Shown here: positions 29,567-38,023 of the stretch, piece by piece
Position numbering within the stretch: the stretch's first letter is position 1
How the letters are laid out: each line of letters starts with the position of its first letter
Assembly (NCBI GenBank): GCA_964621155.1
Contig: CAZULB010000001.1
Span: 10,402-74,401, forward strand
Length of the DNA stretch: 64,000 bases
DNA from: an uncultured bacterium
GTDB taxonomy: Bacteria > Krumholzibacteriota > Krumholzibacteriia > WVZY01 > JAKEHA01
Reading direction: 5' to 3'
The notes under the pieces: generated by a model
Seen by the model: the letters and a program-made list of their open reading frames with translations, nothing else
Databases searched by the model: none
What the model was told of the DNA's origin: nothing
Translations under genes and position numbers: made by a program

Positions 29567-30859
29567 GCTGGCGCTGTCCCCGGAACGGGAGGAATCGGCC
29601 GGCTCGGGCGTCGGGGCCGCCCGCATGATCTGGGCACGCTGGATCAGCATCTGCGCCCGCTCGCCGTACTCTTCACTGGCCGCCGCAACGGTGAGATGGG
29701 TCATGGCCAGGTCGGGCTGGTTCAGCTCGAGCGCGCAGTAGCCGAGCATCATGTACGGGCGCGGCTTCTCAGGAGAGAGCTTCACGCACTCAGTGAATGC
29801 TTTGTATGCCTCTTCGAAATGTTTTTCCATGACCTGCAGGTCGCCGAGCAACGACCAGAGCTGAAAGGTCGGAGCCTCGCTGAGATTCTTGTTCAGGACC
29901 ACCAGCGCGCTGTCCGGCTGGAAGGAGGCCATGTAAGCAGACGCGATACGCTCCGCGTCGGTGCCCGAGGACGCGTCGCGCATGGCGACGGTGTAATGCT
30001 CCGCTGCCGCCGCCGGCGCATCGATGGCCGAGTAAAGATCACCCAGCTGCTTGTGCTCGGCTGCCGTGAGCGGACGTAGATACCCCACTACGGTGAGCGC
30101 GACCGCTGCCTGCTGGTAGTTCGACGTGCTGGCGTAGAACTGGAAGGCGAGATAATGGGCATCGGCGCTGCTGGGAAACTTCTCCAGCATGGCGTTGACC
30201 GCGCGCTGCCCACGATCCTTGTCCTCCGCCTGCAGACAACCGCTCACCAGTCCGCGGTACCATTCGAACTTCGGCGCACCGTGCTTGCCGGAAACCAGGT
30301 CTTCCAGCATCGGTAGCGCGCCGTTCGCGTCGCCGGACTGAAGCCGCGCGGCCGCTGCGTAGTAAAGAAGCTCGGGGCGCTTTTCGACGGAGAGATCGTA
30401 GCCCTTCTGCAGCGCTTCCGACGCGCGCTTGAAGTCTCCCAGGCCGTACGCGGTTTCACCCAGCGCGAGCCAGCCTTCGTCGTAGCGCGGCTCGAGCGCC
30501 ACAACTTTTTCGTACTCCTTGAGGGCCAGGTCGCGCTTGTCCACCTGCGCAAGCATGCCCGCGTACTGATAGTGCACGAGGAAGTGTTCGTCCTTCGGGT
30601 GGCCCTTGATGTATTTCGCGAGTGTTTCGACCGCTTTGTCGTTCTCGCCCTTTTCCATGTGCTGCTGTGCTTCGAACAGCGCCATGCGCGCATCGCGCGG
30701 GAGATCTTCCAGCGTCTCGATGGGCTTTTCAGCTTTGGCAGCGACCGCAGGAGCTTTGGCCGCAGCCGCCTTGTCGGCGTCTGCCGCCAGCGCGAGCGGT
30801 GATCGTGTTGCCAACGCGATGAGAAGCCCGAAAAGAATTCTGAGCCTGCGAAAAGTCAT
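29546..30859 (-). CDS. Secreted TPR-repeat protein (TtpD-like component of TonB2-type system)
   Basis: Signal peptide MTFRRLRILFGLLIALATRSPLALA (ATG 30859, 2 nt after the tonB stop). Multiple TPR-like helices. Positional equivalence to ttpD. Confidence 0.6.
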   Translation of the reverse strand: MTFRRLRILFGLLIALATRSPLALAADADKAAAAKAPAVAAKAEKPIETLEDLPRDARMALFEAQQHMEKGENDKAVETLAKYIKGHPKDEHFLVHYQYAGMLAQVDKRDLALKEYEKVVALEPRYDEGWLALGETAYGLGDFKRASEALQKGYDLSVEKRPELLYYAAAARLQSGDANGALPMLEDLVSGKHGAPKFEWYRGLVSGCLQAEDKDRGQRAVNAMLEKFPSSADAHYLAFQFYASTSNYQQAAVALTVVGYLRPLTAAEHKQLGDLYSAIDAPAAAAEHYTVAMRDASSGTDAERIASAYMASFQPDSALVVLNKNLSEAPTFQLWSLLGDLQVMEKHFEEAYKAFTECVKLSPEKPRPYMMLGYCALELNQPDLAMTHLTVAAASEEYGERAQMLIQRAQIMRAAPTPEPADSSRSGDSASQSLSGN

Positions 30860-30861
30860 GG

Positions 30862-31521
30862 CTATGTATTCAGTTTGAAGTGGAGTGCGGTAACCACCCA
30901 CGACGTCACTTTCTTGCCGCCGATGGTGCCGGCCTCGAAGCGCCACTTCGAAACCGCATTGATCACCGAGTCGTCAAAGGTCTCTTTGGGACCGCCCGTC
31001 ACACGCGATTCGACGATCTGCACCTCGCCGACCGAGCCGTCTTCACGAACCAGAATCTTGATCTGCACGGTGCCTTCGACACCCTGTTCGCGCGCCTTGA
31101 ACGGGTACACCGGCGGCATCTTCACGATGGCACGCGGCGCCTGGTCGAGCTCGTACTGATCGAAGACGAGCTTCCGGGTCACGCTGTTGTCGGTAGCGCC
31201 GCCGAGGTTGATCGACACCGCCGCGCCCGCGAGATTGCCCAGCGCCTGCAGCTCCGCGTTCATGTCGATGCTTTCCAGGAGGTCCTTGGTGACATCGGGC
31301 TGGGGTTGCTCCTGCGGCTTCTCCGGCGGTGCGACCTGCTGTTCTTCCTGCGGCTTCTCGTCGGCGAGATCCATCAACGCAACGCCGCTGCCCATCTGGA
31401 TGTCCTGCTTCACGGCCACTTTGTGGTGCGTGAGAAACAATCCGGTACCGAGCAATGCCACGTTGGCGCAGATCGCCACCGCGCCGGCCGGGAAAATCCA
31501 TTTCGGAAAGCGATCGAACAT
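30862..31521 (-). CDS. tonB: Energy transducer TonB
   Basis: N-terminal TM, Pro/Glu-rich spacer (PEKPQEQPQP), C-terminal TonB domain (PVYPFKAREQGVEGTVQIKILVREDGSV). Start at ATG 31521. Confidence 0.75.
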   Translation of the reverse strand: MFDRFPKWIFPAGAVAICANVALLGTGLFLTHHKVAVKQDIQMGSGVALMDLADEKPQEEQQVAPPEKPQEQPQPDVTKDLLESIDMNAELQALGNLAGAAVSINLGGATDNSVTRKLVFDQYELDQAPRAIVKMPPVYPFKAREQGVEGTVQIKILVREDGSVGEVQIVESRVTGGPKETFDDSVINAVSKWRFEAGTIGGKKVTSWVVTALHFKLNT

Positions 31522-31523
31522 TT

Positions 31524-31940
31524 CTACGATTCCCACTCGCGCTTGGCCGCCAGACTCACGTTCTTGGCACCCGCGAGCCGGCACTGGTCCATGACTTTGA
31601 CGATGTCGCCCGTCTTGCTGTCGCGATCCGCCACCACCACCACACCCGCTTCCGGATCACCGGCGAGCTCGCGCTCGACCAGACCGCGCACACGGCGCAC
31701 ATCGACACGCTTGCCCTCCATGTAGATGTCGCCGTTGGAGGAGACGCCGATCATGATGCTGCCGTGATCTTTCACTTCGGCCGTCGACGCCGTGGAGCGC
31801 TGCACGTCGATACCGGTTTCGCGCACGAACGATGTCGAGGCCACGAAGAAGATGAGCAGCACCATCATGACGTCGATCAGCGAGACCACGTTGATCTCGA
31901 CTTTTTCGTCGCCGCGAATTGTTTTGCGGATGTTGATCAT
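31524..31940 (-). CDS. exbD: Biopolymer transport protein ExbD/TolR
   Basis: INVVSLIDVMMVLLIFFV TM followed by a periplasmic domain. 138 aa. Confidence 0.85.
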   Translation of the reverse strand: MINIRKTIRGDEKVEINVVSLIDVMMVLLIFFVASTSFVRETGIDVQRSTASTAEVKDHGSIMIGVSSNGDIYMEGKRVDVRRVRGLVERELAGDPEAGVVVVADRDSKTGDIVKVMDQCRLAGAKNVSLAAKREWES

Positions 31941-31949
31941 ATCGGTTCC

Positions 31950-32543
31950 TCAGCGAACATGGTGCTCGAGCACCAGCATGGTTTGATCAAGATGATGCGA
32001 GAGACGGCTGGCGCGGCGCGACAGCGACGCGCTGAGCAGCAGGCCCGGGATTGCCACCAGCAGGCCCGCTTCGGTTGCCACCAGGGCCTCCGAAATTCCG
32101 CCCGCCAGTGGGCGCGCGTTACCCGTGCCGATGGCCGAGATCACGTTGAATGTCGCGATCATGCCGCTCACGGTGCCGAGCAGACCGAGCAGCGGCGCCA
32201 CCGATCCCAGCGCGGCAATCACCGACAGGTTGCGGTTGAGCTCGGGACGCATCTTGATGGCGCATTCCGAAAGTATGCGCTTGTCGAGCTCGGGCTCGCC
32301 GGTGCGCATCCGCGTGTAACTCTGGATCAAGCGTGCGCGCAGTCCGTGGCCAAAATGGTTCACCGGATTTCCCTGCACGGCGTGCACGGCGTCCTGGATG
32401 CCCAGATCTTTGGATGTGAGCCGGTGGAACGTAATGAGGCGTTCCGCGATCAGTGTCCACATCAGGAATGAGACCGCGGAAAGCGGAATCATCACCCAGC
32501 CGCCGGAGCGAGCGAGATCAAGCAGTGACTGCCAGAGATCCAC
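31950..32543 (-). CDS. exbB: MotA/TolQ/ExbB proton-channel protein ExbB
   Basis: Three TMs; conserved C-terminal GTVSGMIATFNVISAIGTGNARPLAGGISEALVATEAGLLVAIP. Confidence 0.8.
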   Translation of the reverse strand: MDLWQSLLDLARSGGWVMIPLSAVSFLMWTLIAERLITFHRLTSKDLGIQDAVHAVQGNPVNHFGHGLRARLIQSYTRMRTGEPELDKRILSECAIKMRPELNRNLSVIAALGSVAPLLGLLGTVSGMIATFNVISAIGTGNARPLAGGISEALVATEAGLLVAIPGLLLSASLSRRASRLSHHLDQTMLVLEHHVR

Positions 32544-33933
32544 GACGCTGCTCCTTCTGAATGATGTTGGTGAGACCCACGGCCTTCTCCTCCATATCGC
32601 TCACCACCGCGTTGGCGCGGCGCGAGAGGAACACGTGCAGGAGCATGGTGGGTACCGCGATACACAGGCCCCACTTGGTGGCGATCAGCGCTTCCGAAAT
32701 ACCGCCCGACATGAGCTTGGGGTCGCCGGTGCCGTACACGGTGATCACGTTGAAGGTCCGGATCATACCCGTCACCGTGCCCAGCAGACCGAGTAACGGT
32801 GAGATGGCACCCAGGGCCGCCATGATCGAAAGGCCTTTTTCGAGGCGCGGGATCTCGCTCAGGATGGATTCCTGCAGCACGTTCTCGAGCGTTTCGCGGT
32901 CCTCGTTGCGCGCATTGATGCCGTCGCGCAGCACGTTCACCACCGGCCAGTTGTGATTCTTGTGTTCCTGCATGATCGTGTCGACGGCGTCCCAATCGCC
33001 CTTGGCCGCCAGATCATTGACCCGGCCCATGAGCTTGTCGGTGTCACCGTGCACGCGCTTCAGGTACACGACTTTGTAGAGCGTGAAGAGGATCACGGCA
33101 ACGGCCACGATCAGGATGGGCCACATGATGTTGCCACCCAGCTTGAATTCCTCGAGCATGCTCAGGTGGTGCGTCAGCTGCGACAGCGACTCGCCGGCGG
33201 CGATGTCGATGGGAACCACTTCGCCCTTGCCCGCGAAATAGTTGCGCATCGAGCGCGCCATGCTGCCCGAAGGCAGCACGGAGAGCGCGACAAGATTCTT
33301 CGATTCGGTGGTGTAGCTCAGGAAGCCGACTTCCTTGCCGTCGCGGTAAAGTGCGGTAAAACGGCCCAGGAGCAGAATGTCACCGTCGTGATCGTTTCCG
33401 TCACGGCCGACGTACTTGCCCTTCTGCAGTGCCACCTGGGACGAACGCTTCATTTCTTCAAAGAGCACCGCCGTCATGCCGCCGATATCATGGATGTCGG
33501 GGAAATGGCCGGTATCCAGAAGCGGTGAAATCTTTGCAAGCGGCGTCTCGTCGAGCGCCGTGCGCGGCGAGGCCTGCAGCATCGCTTCCACGTCGCGCGC
33601 GGCCATGCGCACGTTGCCGGACAGCTCGTGGAAGTCGGACTCCTTGGTGGACCACTTTTCGTTGAGCGCATCGTGGCGCGCCTGCCTGTCGGCTTTCTGC
33701 TTACGCAGCGCCGCAATGTCGTTCTCGAGACTCTTTTCGCGCGCCTCGAGCTCGTTCACCTGCAGTTCCAGCGCCGCCTTGTCGGCAAAGATCTTCTGTT
33801 CGACTTCCTTCGCTTTCGCTTCCGCCGCCAGCTTGTCGGCTTCAGCCTTCTTGACGGCTTCGCGCACGTCCTGCGCTGCGACAGGCGCGGCCAGCGCACT
33901 CAGACAGAGGATGGCAATCAATAGCTTCTTCAT
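32518..33933 (-). CDS. Large MotA/TolQ/ExbB-family protein with N-terminal signal peptide and coiled-coil periplasmic domain (TtpC-like)
   Basis: Signal peptide MKKLLIAILCLSALAAPVAA. Long coiled-coil (KEVEQKIFADKAALELQVNELEAREKSLENDIAALRK). C-terminal ExbB channel core (GLLGTVTGMIRTFNVITVYGTGDPKLMSGGISEALIATKWGL). Confidence 0.7.
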   Translation of the reverse strand: MKKLLIAILCLSALAAPVAAQDVREAVKKAEADKLAAEAKAKEVEQKIFADKAALELQVNELEAREKSLENDIAALRKQKADRQARHDALNEKWSTKESDFHELSGNVRMAARDVEAMLQASPRTALDETPLAKISPLLDTGHFPDIHDIGGMTAVLFEEMKRSSQVALQKGKYVGRDGNDHDGDILLLGRFTALYRDGKEVGFLSYTTESKNLVALSVLPSGSMARSMRNYFAGKGEVVPIDIAAGESLSQLTHHLSMLEEFKLGGNIMWPILIVAVAVILFTLYKVVYLKRVHGDTDKLMGRVNDLAAKGDWDAVDTIMQEHKNHNWPVVNVLRDGINARNEDRETLENVLQESILSEIPRLEKGLSIMAALGAISPLLGLLGTVTGMIRTFNVITVYGTGDPKLMSGGISEALIATKWGLCIAVPTMLLHVFLSRRANAVVSDMEEKAVGLTNIIQKEQRRGSLAVTA

Positions 33934-34694
33934 GACTGGATCCTTCCGAGCGGGAGCGTGATCACTTTGGTCGAACGCAGGCGCATGACCATTTCACGCG
34001 CATCCGCGATCGAGTTCACGTATTTCTTGTCCATCTCGACCCACTGTCGCGAGGCGCGGTCGAACTCACCTACGCGCTTGCCGTCGGGCGAGCGCCAGTA
34101 GACCGACACGCGGCCAATCCGGATCACATCGGCGGAAATCTCTTCGCTTCCAACCTTGATGCGTTCCTGGGAGACATCGACAGTGTTGCCATAGTTGGCT
34201 TCCACCTGCAGCGCTTCCAATACGCGGCGCAGTTTCTCGGCGCCCGTCACTTCGGGCTTGGCGATGGCTTCTCGCACCGAGGCCAGACGGTCGCTGCGTT
34301 CCTTCACCAGGAAGGGAATGTCCTGCTTGACCCACTCGTCGAGGCGGTTGACCACCACATTGAGCGAATCCTCGAGGTTGTCCTTGAGCCGGGCGGACTC
34401 AACCATGCGGCGCTCGAGCTCGGCGATACCCGCGTCGAGCGAAGCCACTTCCCTCGCTTCGAAGGCTTTGGTTTTCTCGAGATAATCGACTTGCGCCCTG
34501 GCGGCGCGGTAGCGGGCGGCGTAATCGTTCTTCTCTTCCGCCCACGCTTCCTGCTTCTTCTGCGTTTGCTGCTGGGTCTCGACGGTCCTGGCGACCGTCT
34601 CGCTCAGCGACTTGTTTTCCTGGGCGCCCGCGAGCAACGCTGCACCGAGCGAGAAGCCCGTGAGGATGGTCGCGGTGCAAATCAAACGTTTCAT
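33930..34694 (-). CDS. DUF3450-like periplasmic coiled-coil protein (TtpB-like)
   Basis: Signal peptide, then a Gln/Glu-rich coiled-coil. 254 aa. First gene of the TonB2-type cluster; overlaps the next gene by 4 nt. Confidence 0.55.
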   Translation of the reverse strand: MKRLICTATILTGFSLGAALLAGAQENKSLSETVARTVETQQQTQKKQEAWAEEKNDYAARYRAARAQVDYLEKTKAFEAREVASLDAGIAELERRMVESARLKDNLEDSLNVVVNRLDEWVKQDIPFLVKERSDRLASVREAIAKPEVTGAEKLRRVLEALQVEANYGNTVDVSQERIKVGSEEISADVIRIGRVSVYWRSPDGKRVGEFDRASRQWVEMDKKYVNSIADAREMVMRLRSTKVITLPLGRIQS

Positions 34695-34814
34695 TTGTGT
34701 CCTTTCGAGGGGTGCGGATCGAGCGCGACGTAGCAGTACAAACGCGGAGGAGCGCGCAATGACCGAACCCTGGTCGCGAAGCAGGATAGAGATGCTGTGT
34801 AAATCGCGTATGAA

Positions 34815-34835
34815 TCACGGGTGAATCACCCGTGA
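34815..34835. promoter_or_regulatory. 21-bp palindrome TCACGGGTGA-A-TCACCCGTGA in the divergent promoter between the TonB2-type operon and the TonB-dependent receptor
   Basis: Perfect 10-bp inverted arms with a 1-nt spacer. Embedded in iterated GAATCAC/GAATC motifs (34811..34845) with another copy at ~34903. Confidence 0.4.
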
Positions 34836-34991
34836 ATCTGGCTGTCGCGCCAGTGTGCTCCGATCGGTCCGCGCGCGTTTCTATATTTCACTTCGGCTTT
34901 ATTCCAGATTCACACGACTTCCCTAGTATCGCCCCCGTTGATCCGCGCCCGTAGGTGTCGGGAAGCGGACACAGAGACACATTCACAGGAG

Positions 34992-37751
34992 ATGACAATG
35001 ACGGGGACCGCGAAAGGTGTATTCGCTCTCTCCTTCATGCTCGCACTCTGGGCCGCTGGCGCAGCGATGGCGGGAACCATTGAAGGAACCATCAAGGATG
35101 CGAAGACGGGTGATCCGTTGGTCGGAGCCACGGTGCGTATCGTGAACAAGGATTTGGGAGCCGCAAGCAACATCGACGGCAGGTACCTGATCGCCAACGT
35201 GCCGCCGGGCATCTACTCGCTGCGCGTTTCGTACGCGAACTACGCCCAGAAAGTGTTGCCGGGAGTGGCCGTGACTGGAAACGACAGCACCACCATGAAC
35301 ATCACGATGGAGCCTGCTGGCGGCACGGGAGACCTGCAACGCATCGATGACACCTATGTGGTCGAAGATCGTATCCGCAACAACATCGTGGGTGAACTCG
35401 CCGCGCGCCAGAAGTCAGCCATCATCGGCGACGGCATGACCCAGGAACAGATTCGACTTTCTCCCGCAAGCGACGCCGGCGATGCGCTCAAGCGCGTCAC
35501 CGGACTCTCCGTTGTGGACGACAAGTTCGTGTTCGTGCGCGGCGTCACCGACCGTTACAACTCGACGACGCTCAACGGCGCGACCGTCACGGGCACGGAC
35601 ACGGACAGCGACAAGAAGAGCTTCTCGTTCGATCTGATTCCGTCATCGCTGATCGCGAGCACCATCGTCGCCAAAACGGCCACCCCCGACCTGCCTGGTG
35701 ACTTTTCGGGCGGACTCGTGCAGGTCAACACGCTGGACTTTCCATCGCAGTTCATGCTCACCGCCGGCATGGAAGCCGCCAGTGACAACGTGAGCTCGAA
35801 CAAGGATATCCGCAAAGCGCCCGGCGGTGGATCGGACTGGAAGGCCAAGGATGACGGAAGCCGCGCGCTTCCGCCGGGCGAGACCGGCGTCGACCTTGCC
35901 AAAGCGCTTCCCAACACCTGGGCCACATCCGGTGACGAGTCCAACCTGAACAGCAACTACGGCCTCGCGGTCGGGAACAAGTTCAATGTCGGCGGCGGCC
36001 AACTCGGCTTCATTGCGTCGGGCACGTACAAGAACAGCTTCAAGATCGAAGACTACCACCAGGCGCCGACGCCGCCCGGGCAGGGGCCCATTTTCGAATT
36101 CGATGGCAAGCGCTACAAGGAAAAGTACCTGTGGGGCGGGCTCGCGAACGTGAGCTGGCACATAACCGACAATCATCGCATCGCATTCGAGAACAACTAC
36201 ACGCGCACCGCGGACGACAAGGTCACCGAGTCCGAAGGCACGGCGGAAAGCCAGGTACCCACGCGCGCCCAGTCGATCACATGGGCCCAGCGCGATCTCT
36301 ATCTCGGCCAGCTCAAAGGCCAGCACACGCTGCCTTTTGCGCACGGCCTCGACATCAAGTGGCGCCTTACGACGTCGGCGTCATCGGCGCAGGAGCCGGA
36401 CCGCAAGTTTGCGGCCTACGGAAAGACCGCGCGCGGTGTGTACTTGCTCGGCGAAAACTATCGCACGTGGTCCGAACTGAGTGAAGACACACACGGCGGA
36501 GCGCTGGACGTCCAATATCCGGTCGGAGACGGCTTCGTCAAGGCGGGCTACGCGCAAAATCACCGCGCTCGTGACTACCACATCGATGCTTTCGCGGCGA
36601 GTACTCAGGGCATGGACAGAAAGTATCAAAACACGCTGCCGATCCTGCCCATTGACGAGATATTTGCGCCGGAAAACTTCGGCAAGGACACTGACGGCAA
36701 GCAGATGTTCGACTTCATCCCGTACACCGTTCTGTCCGGCACCTACGACGGTGAACAGGATCTCAGCGCTTACTACGGCATGTACGATTCGCCCTTTAAA
36801 CTGCGCGGACGCGGTTTTCGTTTCGCGGGTGGCCTGCGCGTCGAGGACTCGGACCAGACGGTGAACGGCCCGAAAGCAGCCGACGATCCGACCCTCATCT
36901 CATCGCGCAGCCAGACCACCGACGCGCTCCCATCCGCAAATCTGACCTGTGAAGTGACCAGGACGTCCAACATCCGGCTCGGATATTACAAATCGGTCAA
37001 TCGACCGGAGATTCGCGAGCAGGCCAACGTTGCCTACCTGGACTTCGACCGCAACCAGACCGTGGTGGGAAATTCAGATCTCGAGCGCGCCACCATTCAG
37101 AATTATGACGTGCGCGCCGAGTGGTTTCCGAAACCCGGTGAAGTAATCGCGGTGAGCTACTTCTACAAGGATCTGACCGACGCCATCGAAGAACAGCTGC
37201 TGCCGTCGCCGGACCGCTACATCCGCACCTGGTTCAATTCACCAAGCGGGAAGAACTTTGGCTACGAGATTGAGATGCGCAAGGGGCTTGGCTTCCTGAC
37301 CCGAGGGCTGGAGAACCTGGTGGTGCAGGCCAATTACACACACGTCGATTCGGAAGTCGAATACACCGAATCTTATAACGATTCGTTGACCAACACGCCG
37401 GTCTACATATCCAGGACACGACCGCTGCAGGGCCAGGCCCCGTACACGGTCAACGCCGGCCTGACCTATTCGATTCCGGAAATCGGACTCTCGACGAGTC
37501 TCCTGTACAACCGCTTCGGCCGCCGCCTCGATGCGGTGGGCGATTCGCGCGATGAGGATACCTACGAAGAGCCGCGCAACCTGCTCGACTTTGCGCTCAC
37601 CGAGCAGTTCACGAGTTGGATTCGTCTGAAGTTCACGATGAAGGATCTGCTGGCGGACGACAAAGTGCTGACGTACGGCAACAGCGGATCCACGTGGGAG
37701 CGCGTTAACGTGGGGACGACGTACGCACTTTCTCTCTCTTTCAGTCTCTAA
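34992..37751 (+). CDS. TonB-dependent receptor with N-terminal carboxypeptidase-regulatory-like domain
   Basis: AGGAG RBS. Signal peptide. CarbopepD_reg-like (GTIEGTIKDAKTGDPLVGATVRIVN...DGRYLIANVPPGIYSLRVS). Plug (DALKRVTGLSVVDDKFVFVRGVTDRYNSTTLNG). Long barrel. Confidence 0.8.
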   Translation: MTMTGTAKGVFALSFMLALWAAGAAMAGTIEGTIKDAKTGDPLVGATVRIVNKDLGAASNIDGRYLIANVPPGIYSLRVSYANYAQKVLPGVAVTGNDSTTMNITMEPAGGTGDLQRIDDTYVVEDRIRNNIVGELAARQKSAIIGDGMTQEQIRLSPASDAGDALKRVTGLSVVDDKFVFVRGVTDRYNSTTLNGATVTGTDTDSDKKSFSFDLIPSSLIASTIVAKTATPDLPGDFSGGLVQVNTLDFPSQFMLTAGMEAASDNVSSNKDIRKAPGGGSDWKAKDDGSRALPPGETGVDLAKALPNTWATSGDESNLNSNYGLAVGNKFNVGGGQLGFIASGTYKNSFKIEDYHQAPTPPGQGPIFEFDGKRYKEKYLWGGLANVSWHITDNHRIAFENNYTRTADDKVTESEGTAESQVPTRAQSITWAQRDLYLGQLKGQHTLPFAHGLDIKWRLTTSASSAQEPDRKFAAYGKTARGVYLLGENYRTWSELSEDTHGGALDVQYPVGDGFVKAGYAQNHRARDYHIDAFAASTQGMDRKYQNTLPILPIDEIFAPENFGKDTDGKQMFDFIPYTVLSGTYDGEQDLSAYYGMYDSPFKLRGRGFRFAGGLRVEDSDQTVNGPKAADDPTLISSRSQTTDALPSANLTCEVTRTSNIRLGYYKSVNRPEIREQANVAYLDFDRNQTVVGNSDLERATIQNYDVRAEWFPKPGEVIAVSYFYKDLTDAIEEQLLPSPDRYIRTWFNSPSGKNFGYEIEMRKGLGFLTRGLENLVVQANYTHVDSEVEYTESYNDSLTNTPVYISRTRPLQGQAPYTVNAGLTYSIPEIGLSTSLLYNRFGRRLDAVGDSRDEDTYEEPRNLLDFALTEQFTSWIRLKFTMKDLLADDKVLTYGNSGSTWERVNVGTTYALSLSFSL

Positions 37752-37845
37752 ATGGGTGACACCATGACTCGACCAAAGTCGATTGAGAGGGAGAGAGACT
37801 GCGTATCTAGCGCCTCGGATTGACGCCAGAGCAAAAAGGAAATTG

Positions 37846-37875
37846 CCATCCCCGGAGGGCTAGCTCCGGGGATGG
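37846..37875. other. Strong GC hairpin (12-bp stem CCATCCCCGGAG / CTCCGGGGATGG, 6-nt loop)
   Basis: Perfect inverted repeat in the intergenic region. The U-tract lies on the minus-strand side (CAATTTCCTTTTTGC). Orientation and function are ambiguous. Confidence 0.4.
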
Positions 37876-38023
37876 CGGACCCTGAAAGGAGGAGCCCGGC
37901 AAAGCGGATTCGCACGAAAACCCCTCTCTTATTGGGTGAGAGGAAAGAATAAGGGATTGCAAGAGGTTGAAACAACCAGCAACGAAAGCAACAGCTACCA
38001 ACGTCTTTCTGGAGGAACTAAAC

